Below, piece after piece: positions 1 to 9,030 of a DNA stretch of 48,493 nt (position 1 is the first letter of the stretch; every line of letters begins with the position of its first letter). The notes beneath the pieces are model-generated. The model did no database searches, was not told the origin of the DNA, and was given only the letters and a program-made list of their open reading frames with translations. Position numbers and translations under genes: made by a program. Source of the DNA: Nitrososphaerota archaeon (GTDB lineage Archaea > Thermoproteota > Nitrososphaeria > Nitrososphaerales > Nitrosopumilaceae); NCBI GenBank assembly GCA_018668425.1, contig JABJDB010000112.1, positions 1 to 48,493 of the forward strand, in the 5' to 3' direction.

Positions 1-277
1 GACATAGTCTATTTGAAAATTCTCCATTAACTGGAATTATTACTTTGTCACCTTTCTTAACTACATTAACTACTCCTGCTTCAACAGCACCTGTTCCAGA
101 TGCAGATAATGCTACAATATCATTTTGTGTTTGGAATACTTGTTGAGTTTTATCAACAACATCAGTATACAGTTCTACAAAATCATCACTTCTGTGATTA
201 ATCATTGGTGCAAGCATTGCTCTCATTACTCTATTAGGTACATTTGTTGGACCAGGGAGCATTGAGAGATATTCCAT
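1..277 (-). CDS. Class V PLP aminotransferase (serine-pyruvate/alanine-glyoxylate type), 5' part only; runs off the window
   Basis: Manual translation from ATG at 277: MEYLSMLPGPTNVPNRVMRAM...INHRS...SASGTGAVEA, with typical PGP and SGT motifs. Not in the ORF track. Confidence 0.85.
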   Translation of the reverse strand, partial: MEYLSMLPGPTNVPNRVMRAMLAPMINHRSDDFVELYTDVVDKTQQVFQTQNDIVALSASGTGAVEAGVVNVVKKGDKVIIPVNGEFSNRLC

Positions 278-316
278 TGTAATCTAATAGTGAATGTGAT
301 ATGGGTTTATTTATAA

Positions 317-811
317 TTAAAGATTTTTCAAAAAATCTTTGGCACTAGTTTTTTTCAAAAAATCTTTTGTTCCTTTAGGTACCAAATCATCCCATTTCTG
401 ATCGCTAATTATCAGATTTCTAATTTTTGTTCCAGATAGTTTGTCTCTTTTTAAAAATGGAATAGATTCTACTTTGATCGATCTTTTAGAATAGAGATGT
501 TTTGTTAAATCATCATTTGAAAAAATTATTTCAAATTGTGGAACAATTGTATCTATTTTCTCAATCCATTTGATATGATTATCCAAATCAGGAATAAAAT
601 AAATTGAAATTCTCTTCTTCATTGAATCATCAATCGAAGACAAAATCATTTCTTTTCGTTGATCAGCTGAGAATGGATTGTTTTTTTGTGATGGTAAATT
701 TGAGCTTCCTAAACCAACCCAAAGATTATCTACTTTAGATAAAGCAAATTGTAAAGCTTCTAAATGACCCAAATGAAAAGGTTGGAATCTTCCAATTAAC
801 AATCCATCCAT
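317..811 (-). CDS. nadM: Nicotinamide-nucleotide adenylyltransferase
   Basis: GRFQPFHLGH (HxGH), NPFS and SGTKIR motifs; 164 aa. Confidence 0.9.
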   Translation of the reverse strand: MDGLLIGRFQPFHLGHLEALQFALSKVDNLWVGLGSSNLPSQKNNPFSADQRKEMILSSIDDSMKKRISIYFIPDLDNHIKWIEKIDTIVPQFEIIFSNDDLTKHLYSKRSIKVESIPFLKRDKLSGTKIRNLIISDQKWDDLVPKGTKDFLKKTSAKDFLKNL

Positions 812-874
812 ACAAAAATATAGAAAATTCCTTTTTTAAAAAACTATCATAAAGAGATTCAATTTACCGAAATT

Positions 875-1897
875 ATGGATTTTTTGAAAATAAATGGTGG
901 GCATGGTGAAGGAGGAGGTCAAATCATACGTACAGCAATAACTCTTTCATGCATTACAAAAAAACCAATCCATATAGAAAATATCAGAAAAAATAGAAAA
1001 GTTTCTGGATTAAGACCTCAACATGTAACTGCAATCAAAATTCTTCAAAAAATTTCAAATGCTAAAGTAATTGGTGCAGAGATTGGTTCAACTGAATTAA
1101 AATTCATTCCAAATGACATTAAAAGTTTAGAATTAATTGAAGATGTTGGAACAGCTGGAAGTATTTCTTTAATTTTACAAGTATTAATTCCAGTAATTGC
1201 AATATCTCAAAAGAAATTTAATTTGAAAATTAGAGGTGGAACAGATGTATCATGGAGTCCTTCATTTGATTATACACAATATGTTTTAAGAGAAGTATTT
1301 TCTAGAATGGGGATAAAGTTTTCACTTGAATTATCTAAACGAGGGTATTATCCTAAAGGTGGTGGGGAAGTTATACTAGAAGTGAATCCATCAAATGTAA
1401 ATTCGATTTTACTAACAAAAAGAAAAACAAAATTAGTAAAATTAATCTGTACATTTTCAAAACTTTCAAACAAAGATATTGAAACTCAAGTTAATAAAAT
1501 TAAAGAAAAATTAATTGAAGAAAATTTTGTTGTTGAGATCATTATAAAAAATGAAGATGCAATAGATTCTGGTGCATCCTTGTTAATTTACAGTATTGAT
1601 GAAAATTCAATTATAGGAAATGATATTTTATTTGATAAAAAAACAAAAAAATTCAATTTAGATTTAGATAAATTTATCAATAATTCATTAGGAGTTGATG
1701 AAAAATTAGCAGATATGCTTGTAGTAGTTGCAAGTTTGGGGGATAAAAAAACAATTTTTCACACCAAAGAGATTACAAAACATCTTGAAACAAACTTGTT
1801 TGTTACATCAAAAATTACTGGTTGTAAGTACGGTATTGGAAGATTAAATGATGGATTTGAAGTAATTATTGAGGGTGTATCAAACTCCAGCGTCTAA
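875..1897 (+). CDS. rtcA: RNA 3'-terminal phosphate cyclase
   Basis: GEGGGQIIR, GLRPQH, GGTDV, GYYPKGGG and catalytic His in TKHLETN. Confidence 0.92.
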   Translation: MDFLKINGGHGEGGGQIIRTAITLSCITKKPIHIENIRKNRKVSGLRPQHVTAIKILQKISNAKVIGAEIGSTELKFIPNDIKSLELIEDVGTAGSISLILQVLIPVIAISQKKFNLKIRGGTDVSWSPSFDYTQYVLREVFSRMGIKFSLELSKRGYYPKGGGEVILEVNPSNVNSILLTKRKTKLVKLICTFSKLSNKDIETQVNKIKEKLIEENFVVEIIIKNEDAIDSGASLLIYSIDENSIIGNDILFDKKTKKFNLDLDKFINNSLGVDEKLADMLVVVASLGDKKTIFHTKEITKHLETNLFVTSKITGCKYGIGRLNDGFEVIIEGVSNSSV

Positions 1898-2386
1898 TAA
1901 TGCTGCAAAAAATAGGATTGTTATGGATAAAACTACAGTAATTTCTCCTAAAATAATGATTTTCTTTCTTAATTTTTGAATTTGATTATCAGACATTTGG
2001 TTTGACATGATTTTATCTTCAATGTCTTTTCTAATTACTCTGACATGAATTACATAAGTAATGATTAGTGCAATGACTAAAATTATTTTGATTATCAAAT
2101 ACGTCCCATAACTTGTAGCAAGTAAAAGTTCAGGTTTTCCAAGTAACATATGAGTACTATACAATCCAGTTGCCATCAAAATAATTAATGAAGGAACGGC
2201 AATTTTGTTAAAACGTCTGCCAACAAGAATCATTATTTGCATTCTTTCTTGAAGAGAATTAGTCATTGTTTTAAGAAGTGGTGAAAACACAATTCCAATA
2301 AAAAGTGAACCACCAACCCAAATTGCTGCTGCAATAAGATGTATCCAAGTAATAATTGCCTGCTCTATAGCACTCATCAATAACAA
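1880..2386 (-). CDS. CopD-like/DUF4149 four-TM membrane protein
   Basis: WIHLIAAAIWVGG motif and four hydrophobic helices; the start may be MSAIEQ. Confidence 0.65.
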   Translation of the reverse strand: MLLMSAIEQAIITWIHLIAAAIWVGGSLFIGIVFSPLLKTMTNSLQERMQIMILVGRRFNKIAVPSLIILMATGLYSTHMLLGKPELLLATSYGTYLIIKIILVIALIITYVIHVRVIRKDIEDKIMSNQMSDNQIQKLRKKIIILGEITVVLSITILFFAALLDAGV

Positions 2387-2459
2387 TATTTTAAATCAAA
2401 TATTATGTATTTGGATCTTGACAAGGTTTTTTAGTTGTACATAATCTGAAATCATTGAA

Positions 2460-2954
2460 ATGGCACTTCAAAGTAAAATGACAGTTTATCTTGCAATTGT
2501 TGGGGTTTTTGCCATGATGGGTGGTATTGTTTACTATGCAAGTTTGGGTAATGCTGATCTTGAACAAGCAGAAATTAAACTAACAAATGTTGAATTAATT
2601 AATAATGATGATATTAGTGATAAAGCAAAATTTAATGTAACATTTCTTGTGAAAAATCCTAGTGACACTACATTTACAGTTTCAGTAATTCAATACGAAT
2701 TGTATGCTGATGGTATACATTTAGGCTCAGGAAGATATTCTACAGAAGATGTTTCAATGCCAGGAAGAGCTTCATTTTTCCCCAATACTGAAATTCCTTT
2801 AAAAAATATTTTTGTTCTAGAAAAATCTGAAACTAATTCAGAAATATTTCAATCTTTAATAGAAAATGGAATTACAAATTTTAGTGCTGAAGGTATAATC
2901 ACCACTCAAACTACATGGACTGTAGGTGAAAAAGAGTTCAAATCTGGATTTTAA
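2460..2954 (+). CDS. Membrane-anchored LEA_2/WHy-like protein
   Basis: N-terminal TM helix, then VKNPS...YELYADG..LGSG beta-sandwich signature. Confidence 0.6.
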   Translation: MALQSKMTVYLAIVGVFAMMGGIVYYASLGNADLEQAEIKLTNVELINNDDISDKAKFNVTFLVKNPSDTTFTVSVIQYELYADGIHLGSGRYSTEDVSMPGRASFFPNTEIPLKNIFVLEKSETNSEIFQSLIENGITNFSAEGIITTQTTWTVGEKEFKSGF

Positions 2955-2965
2955 ATAAAAAGAAG

Positions 2966-3039
2966 TGGGCCTAATGAGATTCGAACTCATGATCACCGCC
3001 ATGTCGAGGCGGTATCCTAACCAGCTAGACTACAGGCCC
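2966..3039 (-). tRNA. tRNA-Val(GAC), 74 nt, no encoded CCA
   Basis: Cloverleaf GGGCCTG/TAGGCCC, anticodon arm CCGCC-TCGACAT-GGCGG, T arm ATGAG-TTCGAAT-CTCAT. Confidence 0.92.
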
Positions 3040-3120
3040 ATTGAAATACAAAACAATGTGCAGACATTATTAACGTTTAACAAAAGAAAGAATTGATGAG
3101 ATATAGAAGGCACAAAATAA

Positions 3121-3831
3121 TTGACAGATGATTTTACTGATGATGAAAAAAGAGGACTCTATAAGGCAATATATTCAAGAAGAGATGTAAGATCCCATTT
3201 TAATTCAAAGCCAATACAAGATGATATTTTATCAAAAATTCTTCATGCTGCACATCATGCACCATCTGTAGGATTTTCTCAACCATGGAATTTTATTTTA
3301 ATTAAAAATGATGAAACAAAGAAAAAAATCAAAGAATCTTTTGAAAAAGAAAAAGACCGTTCCTCACAATTAGTAGAAGAACCAAAAAGATCAAAATATC
3401 TTTCATTTAAGCTTGAAGGGATTTTAGAATCTCCGGTAAATTTGTGTGTGACATATGATCCATCTAAATTTGGCCCATTTGTTATTGGCAGATCAAGTAT
3501 CCCTGAAGCAGGATTATACAGTGTGTGCTGTGCTATACAGAATTTATGGCTATCAGCAAGAACTGAAGGAATAGGGTTAGGATGGGTGAGTATTCTATCA
3601 AATGATACTTTGAAAGAAGCTTTAGACATTCCTGAGCATGTAATTCCTGTTGCATACTTGTGTTTAGGTCATGTTGATGATTTTGCCAAGAAACCTGATC
3701 TTCAAACTGCAGGATGGTTACCAAGATTAGAATTGAAGGATGTTGTATTTTTTGAAAAATGGGATGATAAAGAAAATAATGATTGGAAAATTATTCAAAA
3801 AATGATTAAAGAGAATTTAGATTACGCTTAA
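3121..3831 (+). CDS. bluB: 5,6-dimethylbenzimidazole synthase (nitroreductase fold)
   Basis: RRDVR, AHHAPSVGFSQPWNF, KLEGI and QNLWLSARTEGIGLGWVS motifs. Confidence 0.9.
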   Translation: MTDDFTDDEKRGLYKAIYSRRDVRSHFNSKPIQDDILSKILHAAHHAPSVGFSQPWNFILIKNDETKKKIKESFEKEKDRSSQLVEEPKRSKYLSFKLEGILESPVNLCVTYDPSKFGPFVIGRSSIPEAGLYSVCCAIQNLWLSARTEGIGLGWVSILSNDTLKEALDIPEHVIPVAYLCLGHVDDFAKKPDLQTAGWLPRLELKDVVFFEKWDDKENNDWKIIQKMIKENLDYA

Positions 3832-3855
3832 ATAATTACAAAATATTTTTTTTCT

Positions 3856-3948
3856 GGGCTTGTGGCGCAGAGTCAATTTGACGCGAAACATGGATAGCGT
3901 GGTAGCCTCCTAAGTTACAGGTCGAGGGATCGAAGCCCTCCAAGCCCG
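3856..3948 (+). tRNA. tRNA-Arg(CCT) with a probable 18-nt intron (about 3871-3888) in the D-loop
   Basis: Acceptor GGGCTTG/CAAGCCC, anticodon arm GTAGC-CTCCTAA-GTTAC, T arm GAGGG-ATCGAAG-CCCTC. Removing AGTCAATTTGACGCGAAA restores a normal D arm and a 75-nt tRNA. Confidence 0.85.
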
Positions 3949-4150
3949 TTTTATTTTAAAAAAAATCTAATTCAAATTTATTAAATTAATTTAATTTCTT
4001 AAAAAAAGATCAACATCAAAAGAAAATTTATCAATTCAAATTAAATTGATTTTTTAAAATGAATTTAATGTATAATTTCATCAAATCTTTAAAAGATTAA
4101 TCATTAAAATTGTAAAAGTAAAATATCATAATGACATAGATAACACATAA

Positions 4151-4270
4151 TTGAATTCAAAAAAAGATCCAACTGAATTATGTTCGTGTAAATGTCATTA
4201 TGGAGGAGCAGTTAGCTGTCCAGGATGTAAGAAAAATCATGGAATTACATGTAATCACTGTGATAAATAA
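4151..4270 (+). CDS. 39-aa Cys/His-rich micro-protein (metallothionein-like)
   Basis: Manual translation from TTG: MNSKKDPTELCSCKCHYGGAVSCPGCKKNHGITCNHCDK; below the ORF-track cutoff. Confidence 0.6.
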   Translation: MNSKKDPTELCSCKCHYGGAVSCPGCKKNHGITCNHCDK

Positions 4271-4272
4271 GA

Positions 4273-4731
4273 TTATTTTCTTTTAGATGCAAGCATTTTG
4301 AGATTTGCCAGTTCAGTTTTTAGTGATTCTATTTGAACAAGTGTTTGTAAATTAGAAATTTCTTGGTTTAATCTTTCTATTTCACTGTCTTTTAGTTTTA
4401 CAGATTCTTTTAGATTGTTAAGATCTGATGACAATTCATTTTGAATTTGTTTTATTTCTGAAAGACCAATTGTAGTTCCAACAGTTGTTGTTTGAATTGT
4501 TTGGGTATTACTCAAGCTTTTTTTTTCAGTATGAGCATGCTTGTGCATGTAATCTGTACTTTTCTGAGATATCCAACAAGTAAATACTAGAAACCACATA
4601 ATTGGGACTGCCATTACAAACACGAAATTTAGTATTGGTGCAAAATCAACAAAATATGGCCAAAGTGCAGTTAGAATAATTGCAAAAACTCCAGTAACAA
4701 GAGTTGCCAAATGATTTCCCACATATCCCAT
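4273..4731 (-). CDS. Hypothetical protein with 2 TM helices and a C-terminal coiled coil
   Basis: ORF track gives 4273..4779; ATG at 4731 (MGYVGNHL) is preferred. Heptad-rich C-terminus. Confidence 0.6.
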   Translation of the reverse strand: MGYVGNHLATLVTGVFAIILTALWPYFVDFAPILNFVFVMAVPIMWFLVFTCWISQKSTDYMHKHAHTEKKSLSNTQTIQTTTVGTTIGLSEIKQIQNELSSDLNNLKESVKLKDSEIERLNQEISNLQTLVQIESLKTELANLKMLASKRK

Positions 4732-4814
4732 AATTAATTTGGAAAATTCATTGTTTATAACAGTAATGCTAAAAATCACAAAATAATAGGATTAAAAATA
4801 AAAAGGAACCGATC

Positions 4815-5045
4815 TTATTCGTCTGCTTCAATAGTAGTTGTTGGTTTAGGCATATCAGATTGTAAGATTTGGATCTTTGATAATAATTCAGTTCTAAGAT
4901 CTCTTGCAACTCTTCTTACAGTAGGTCTAGGTACACCAAGTTCATCAACAACTTTGGTGTAGATATCTTGTTTGTCAGTAACCCCTTTGTCAAGATAAGA
5001 ATTAATTGCTTCTTTAATTATCGTGCTTTGGTTTGTACGATTCAA
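4815..5045 (-). CDS. Small helix-turn-helix-like protein
   Basis: VVDELGVPRPTVRRVAR resembles an HTH; followed by a T-rich tract on the minus strand. Confidence 0.6.
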   Translation of the reverse strand: MNRTNQSTIIKEAINSYLDKGVTDKQDIYTKVVDELGVPRPTVRRVARDLRTELLSKIQILQSDMPKPTTTIEADE

Positions 5046-5279
5046 CGAATATCAATTTTTTGTTGTTCTATATAAGACTATAACTTTAAAAATTTCAAAA
5101 ATATAATTTTTAAGAAGTTCATAATTATGTTATATGTAAAAATACATAGTCCTCAAAGAAATTTTTTGCGACAATAAAATAATTACTTACAACAAAATTC
5201 TAATTAAATTAAAAAAATAATAAATTTTCAAATTAGTTTTCACAAAAGACTCTTATGATAAGAAGAAAAACCCAAAATA

Positions 5280-5756
5280 ATGTCTACAGTAAATATTGAA
5301 ACAAATTTAGGGAAAATTTCTTTCAAGTTATTGCCTGAATTAGCACCTGAGACAGTAAGAAATTTTGAAAAATTAGCAAGAGATGGATTTTATGATGGAA
5401 CTCTTTTCCACAGAGTAATTCCAGGATTTATGATTCAGGGTGGAGATCCTAACACAAAAACTGACAACAAAGGTTCATGGGGAATGGGTGGACCTGGATA
5501 TAATATTAAAGCAGAATTTAGTTCAAGATCTCATTTACGAGGTATTGTTTCTATGGCAAGATCTCAAGATCCAAATAGTGCAGGCTCACAGTTTTTTATT
5601 GTAACAGCAGATAGTGCATTTCTTGATAGACAATACACAGTATTTGGTGAAGTAACAGAGGGAATGGATGTTGCAGACAAAATTGTTAATCTTGAAAGAG
5701 ATGGTAATGATTGTCCATTAGAAAAAACATCATTAGTTCATGTTACTGTGGAATAA
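5280..5756 (+). CDS. Cyclophilin-type peptidyl-prolyl cis-trans isomerase
   Basis: FHRVIPGFMIQGGDP, SMAR, SAGSQFFI and YTVFG motifs. Confidence 0.95.
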   Translation: MSTVNIETNLGKISFKLLPELAPETVRNFEKLARDGFYDGTLFHRVIPGFMIQGGDPNTKTDNKGSWGMGGPGYNIKAEFSSRSHLRGIVSMARSQDPNSAGSQFFIVTADSAFLDRQYTVFGEVTEGMDVADKIVNLERDGNDCPLEKTSLVHVTVE

Positions 5757-6653
5757 ATGAATTCACAAATTTTTGGGTTTTTAACAGTTTTACTTTTAAT
5801 TTCAATTATCCCAATGGTTGATGCTCAAATATCAATTGGAGAAAAAGCAATACAAAAATCAGTTGAAATCAATATTGATTCAGATGGAAATGTTCATGTT
5901 AAACATGTGATTCGTTCATCAAATTTGCCAAAAGATCTTGAATTAGTTTATGGAACAGTTTCAAATATTTCAGTCAAAAATGAACAAGGAGAAGATGTAC
6001 TTTTCTCTAGCAGTAATGAAAACAGTATGGTACTAGTTCAACCTTCAGATGAAGAATCAATTGTTGAGTATGATCTTGAACATGTATTGATTCAAAAAGA
6101 TAATGTTTGGACATGGAATTTCTTGTATCTTGAAACAACTTCTTTCTTTTTTCCTGAAGAACTAAATTTAATTTTTTCAAATGAACGACCTGTATATTTA
6201 GATGGAAAAAAAGGAATTGCATGTCATGGATGTCAAATGCTTTTAGAATATTCAATGAATCAACCAAAGATAGTAAAAAATGTGAATTGGGAAGATAATG
6301 AATTCATAGTAGAGATTCAAAGTCATTCAAGTATTGATAAATTTACTTTTGATCAACCAACAAAGAGTATCACTTTTGATGTCTTAAAAGAAAATCAGTT
6401 TGTTACGGTAATAATTCCATTAGAATTGTTATGGAAACCATATTCAGTTTTTCTAGATGATGAGAAAATTTTCTTTCATGAATATATCAATAATGGAACT
6501 CATGTTTTGTTAAGTATGAAACCTGAATCTACAGGTGAAATAATGGTTATTGGAACTACGGTTATTCCTGAATTTCCAATTATTGCACCTCTAGCAATAG
6601 GATTCTTGATGATTCTTGTAATTCCATTAATGAAAAAAGTTAATCTCCACTAG
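5757..6653 (+). CDS. Surface protein with PEF(G)-CTERM-type sorting signal
   Basis: Signal peptide; C-terminal IGTTVIPEFP, TM helix and basic tail. Confidence 0.8.
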   Translation: MNSQIFGFLTVLLLISIIPMVDAQISIGEKAIQKSVEINIDSDGNVHVKHVIRSSNLPKDLELVYGTVSNISVKNEQGEDVLFSSSNENSMVLVQPSDEESIVEYDLEHVLIQKDNVWTWNFLYLETTSFFFPEELNLIFSNERPVYLDGKKGIACHGCQMLLEYSMNQPKIVKNVNWEDNEFIVEIQSHSSIDKFTFDQPTKSITFDVLKENQFVTVIIPLELLWKPYSVFLDDEKIFFHEYINNGTHVLLSMKPESTGEIMVIGTTVIPEFPIIAPLAIGFLMILVIPLMKKVNLH

Positions 6654-6795
6654 AACCACATGAACAAAAACCATATTCATCTATTCTAACATCACATACA
6701 GGGCATTTTTCACCATAATCTACTTCCCATGGTTCTTTTCCAAAAAGTTTGAAATGATCATCAATTTCTAATGGAATATCCCGTTTTTTTTCCAA
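6640..6795 (-). CDS. 51-aa small zinc-finger-like protein
   Basis: Manual translation from TTG: MEKKRDIPLEIDDHFKLFGKEPWEVDYGEKCPVCDVRIDEYGFCSCGSSGD (CPxC...CxC); not in the ORF track. Confidence 0.75.
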   Translation of the reverse strand: MEKKRDIPLEIDDHFKLFGKEPWEVDYGEKCPVCDVRIDEYGFCSCGSSGD

Positions 6796-6835
6796 TGATT
6801 TGTATAAGTATTCCAACTATACATGTATTATCAGA

Positions 6836-7027
6836 ATGAAAATTGAATGTGGATGTCATTGTATTAAATGTAAAAGTACAGATCTTGAATCAAATAAAAT
6901 TGGACATGTTGAAAAAGATGGATATTTTGATGTGCATCATACATGTAACAAATGTAAAACACATTTTGATCATTTGGATGGTGAAATTTTTTCAAGTTGT
7001 GAAAAATGTGACTATTCTTCTAATTAG
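6836..7027 (+). CDS. 63-aa Cys/His-rich metal-binding protein
   Basis: MKIECGCHCIKC...HHTCNKC..HFDH...CEKC. ATG 6836 preferred over the track start at 6800. Confidence 0.7.
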   Translation: MKIECGCHCIKCKSTDLESNKIGHVEKDGYFDVHHTCNKCKTHFDHLDGEIFSSCEKCDYSSN

Positions 7028-7511
7028 TAATTAACGTATCTTCAACAAAATAATGAGTTCTATTTTCATGAGAATTTTTTAAAATTTCTTTATTTGATGC
7101 CATTTTTGCCAATGCTTTTGATACATCTAATGGACTTGTTGCCCAACCATATTCTCTTAGTTGTTCAACAGTTTCAGTAACAGTATGTGGTGTATCAAAG
7201 AATCTACTTGTTTCTAAAATTCTTAATTTAGATTTAATTTCATGGGATGCAACATATTTTGGTTCAGCAAATTCTGGTTCAAATACTTCAGCATCATCAA
7301 GATTCTCTAAACCAAACTGGGTTGTTTGTTCAAGTTCTGCTGGTTTTGTAATAGTTTCTGATTCATAAACAATTTTGGCTTGATTTTCTGGTAAATGATT
7401 TGAGATACTATCAATTATTTCTCCTATAGTTTGATTATCAACATAAAAATCCCTAGAGTCAACTTCAATTTCATTTTCACCTAGCTTGAGTTTTATCCTT
7501 GCCAATAGCAA
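7020..7511 (-). CDS. Hypothetical protein with a C-terminal winged-helix-like domain
   Basis: FFDTPHTVTETVEQLREYGW...VSKALAKM...RTHY resembles a wHTH. Confidence 0.55.
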   Translation of the reverse strand: MLLARIKLKLGENEIEVDSRDFYVDNQTIGEIIDSISNHLPENQAKIVYESETITKPAELEQTTQFGLENLDDAEVFEPEFAEPKYVASHEIKSKLRILETSRFFDTPHTVTETVEQLREYGWATSPLDVSKALAKMASNKEILKNSHENRTHYFVEDTLITN

Positions 7512-7636
7512 ATAATCATTTAATTTTCATTTATTTTATTAGCTCTAATCAGCTTTAAGAGTAGATCAAAAATTTTACACAATAAATTAGGATTTTTTTT
7601 GTTTCTAGTTAAAATGTAATTTTGTGATTACTAGTC

Positions 7637-8086
7637 ATGAAATCATCCAAAAAAGGCGGTTTAATTGTCCTCTTTGTATTAGGCATGAGTATTTTTGGAT
7701 ATTCACAATACGCATCTGCTTCTCAAATTGAAGTAAGTATTACTCAAAGTGAATTATTAAATGAAGATGAAAAAGGTGCAAACTACAATATAGAATTAGA
7801 ATTTGATAATCCCTCATTGTTACTTTTAACTGCTGGTCAGACTGAATTCTTTTTAATTTCAAATGATGAAATAATTGGTAAAGGTGAGTTAGAATCATTC
7901 ATTCTACAACCTTTAGACAATAGTAATGTTAAAGGAACTTTCCACACAAATTCAAATAATAATGAATCTAGTTCTGTAAAAATTTCTGGAATAATAAAAT
8001 ATGAAATATTTTTTACATCTATTGATGTTCCTTTTGTTTACTATCCAACAGAAGAGCAAGCAAGAGAATTTATACATCAAAAATAG
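7637..8086 (+). CDS. Membrane-anchored LEA_2-like hypothetical protein
   Basis: N-terminal TM helix, FDNPS motif, beta-rich; similar pattern to 2460..2954. Confidence 0.55.
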   Translation: MKSSKKGGLIVLFVLGMSIFGYSQYASASQIEVSITQSELLNEDEKGANYNIELEFDNPSLLLLTAGQTEFFLISNDEIIGKGELESFILQPLDNSNVKGTFHTNSNNNESSSVKISGIIKYEIFFTSIDVPFVYYPTEEQAREFIHQK

Positions 8087-8097
8087 TTTCTTCACAA

Positions 8098-8991
8098 ATG
8101 CTTACTGTTTTTGGTTCTACAGCACTAGATACAATTAGAACCCCAAAAAAAACATTAAAAAATGTTCTAGGTGGAGCTGCAACTTTTGCAGCAATTTCAG
8201 CAAGTAATTTTGTAGATACTGGATTAATTGCCGTGGTTGGAAAAGATTTTCCAAAACAACATCATAAAATTTTATCAAAACATCTTGATTTACAAGGATT
8301 TACAGTAAAAGATGGTAAAACATTTCGTTATGATGGTAAATATGATGATACACTAAGCACAAGATCAACATTAAAAACAGAATTAAATGTTCTTGCAGAT
8401 TTCAAACCAACTGTTCCAGAAGATTATAGAAAATCTCAATTTGTTTATCTTGCAAATAATGATCCTGAACAAAATACTTCATTACTAAAAGAATTTGATA
8501 AAGTTAAATTTTCAATGTGTGATACAATTGATTTTTGGATATCTACAAAAAGAGAAGCAGTAATCAAGATGATAAAAGCTGTTGATGCAGTTGTAATTAA
8601 TGACGAAGAAGCAAAATTGCTTACAAAAGAATTCAACCTGATAAAATGTGCAAAAAAAATGATGAAATGGGGTGCAAAATATGTAATTATTAAAAAAGGT
8701 GAACATGGTTCACTCATGTTTTATGATGACGTAATTTTTCCAACTGCAGGATTTTCTTTAGAAGATGTAGTAGATCCTACAGGTGCAGGAGATTCTTTTG
8801 CAGGAGCGATGATTGGATATCTTGCAAGTAAAAAATCAACTAGTCTATCAGAAATCAAAAAGTCAGTAGTTTATGGAAATGTATTAGGATCCTTTGCAGT
8901 TGAAAGATATGGCCTTGATGGATTGTTAAAAATCAAAAAAGGTGATATTGCAAAACGTATCAAGACATATGAAAAAATGATTCGATTCTAA
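8098..8991 (+). CDS. PfkB/ribokinase-family kinase
   Basis: LGGAA, INDEEA, KKGEHG and DPTGAGDSFAG motifs. Confidence 0.92.
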   Translation: MLTVFGSTALDTIRTPKKTLKNVLGGAATFAAISASNFVDTGLIAVVGKDFPKQHHKILSKHLDLQGFTVKDGKTFRYDGKYDDTLSTRSTLKTELNVLADFKPTVPEDYRKSQFVYLANNDPEQNTSLLKEFDKVKFSMCDTIDFWISTKREAVIKMIKAVDAVVINDEEAKLLTKEFNLIKCAKKMMKWGAKYVIIKKGEHGSLMFYDDVIFPTAGFSLEDVVDPTGAGDSFAGAMIGYLASKKSTSLSEIKKSVVYGNVLGSFAVERYGLDGLLKIKKGDIAKRIKTYEKMIRF

Positions 8992-9030
8992 AAAGACTTA
9001 AGTTCAATAATTTCTCAAAATATTTTATCC

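Noticed and set aside
875-1897. RtcA variant EKLADML in place of xHLADQL, as a possibly inactive enzyme
   Set aside because: The catalytic His and N-terminal motifs are intact; the effect cannot be judged without an alignment
3001-3007. Reading the first tRNA as Ser(CGA) to preserve U33
   Set aside because: It would break the 5-bp anticodon stem, and the tRNA lacks the long variable arm of tRNA-Ser
6843-7034. 63-aa alternative-frame ORF
   Set aside because: Overlaps the Cys/His-rich ORF on the same strand, which has a coherent metal-binding pattern
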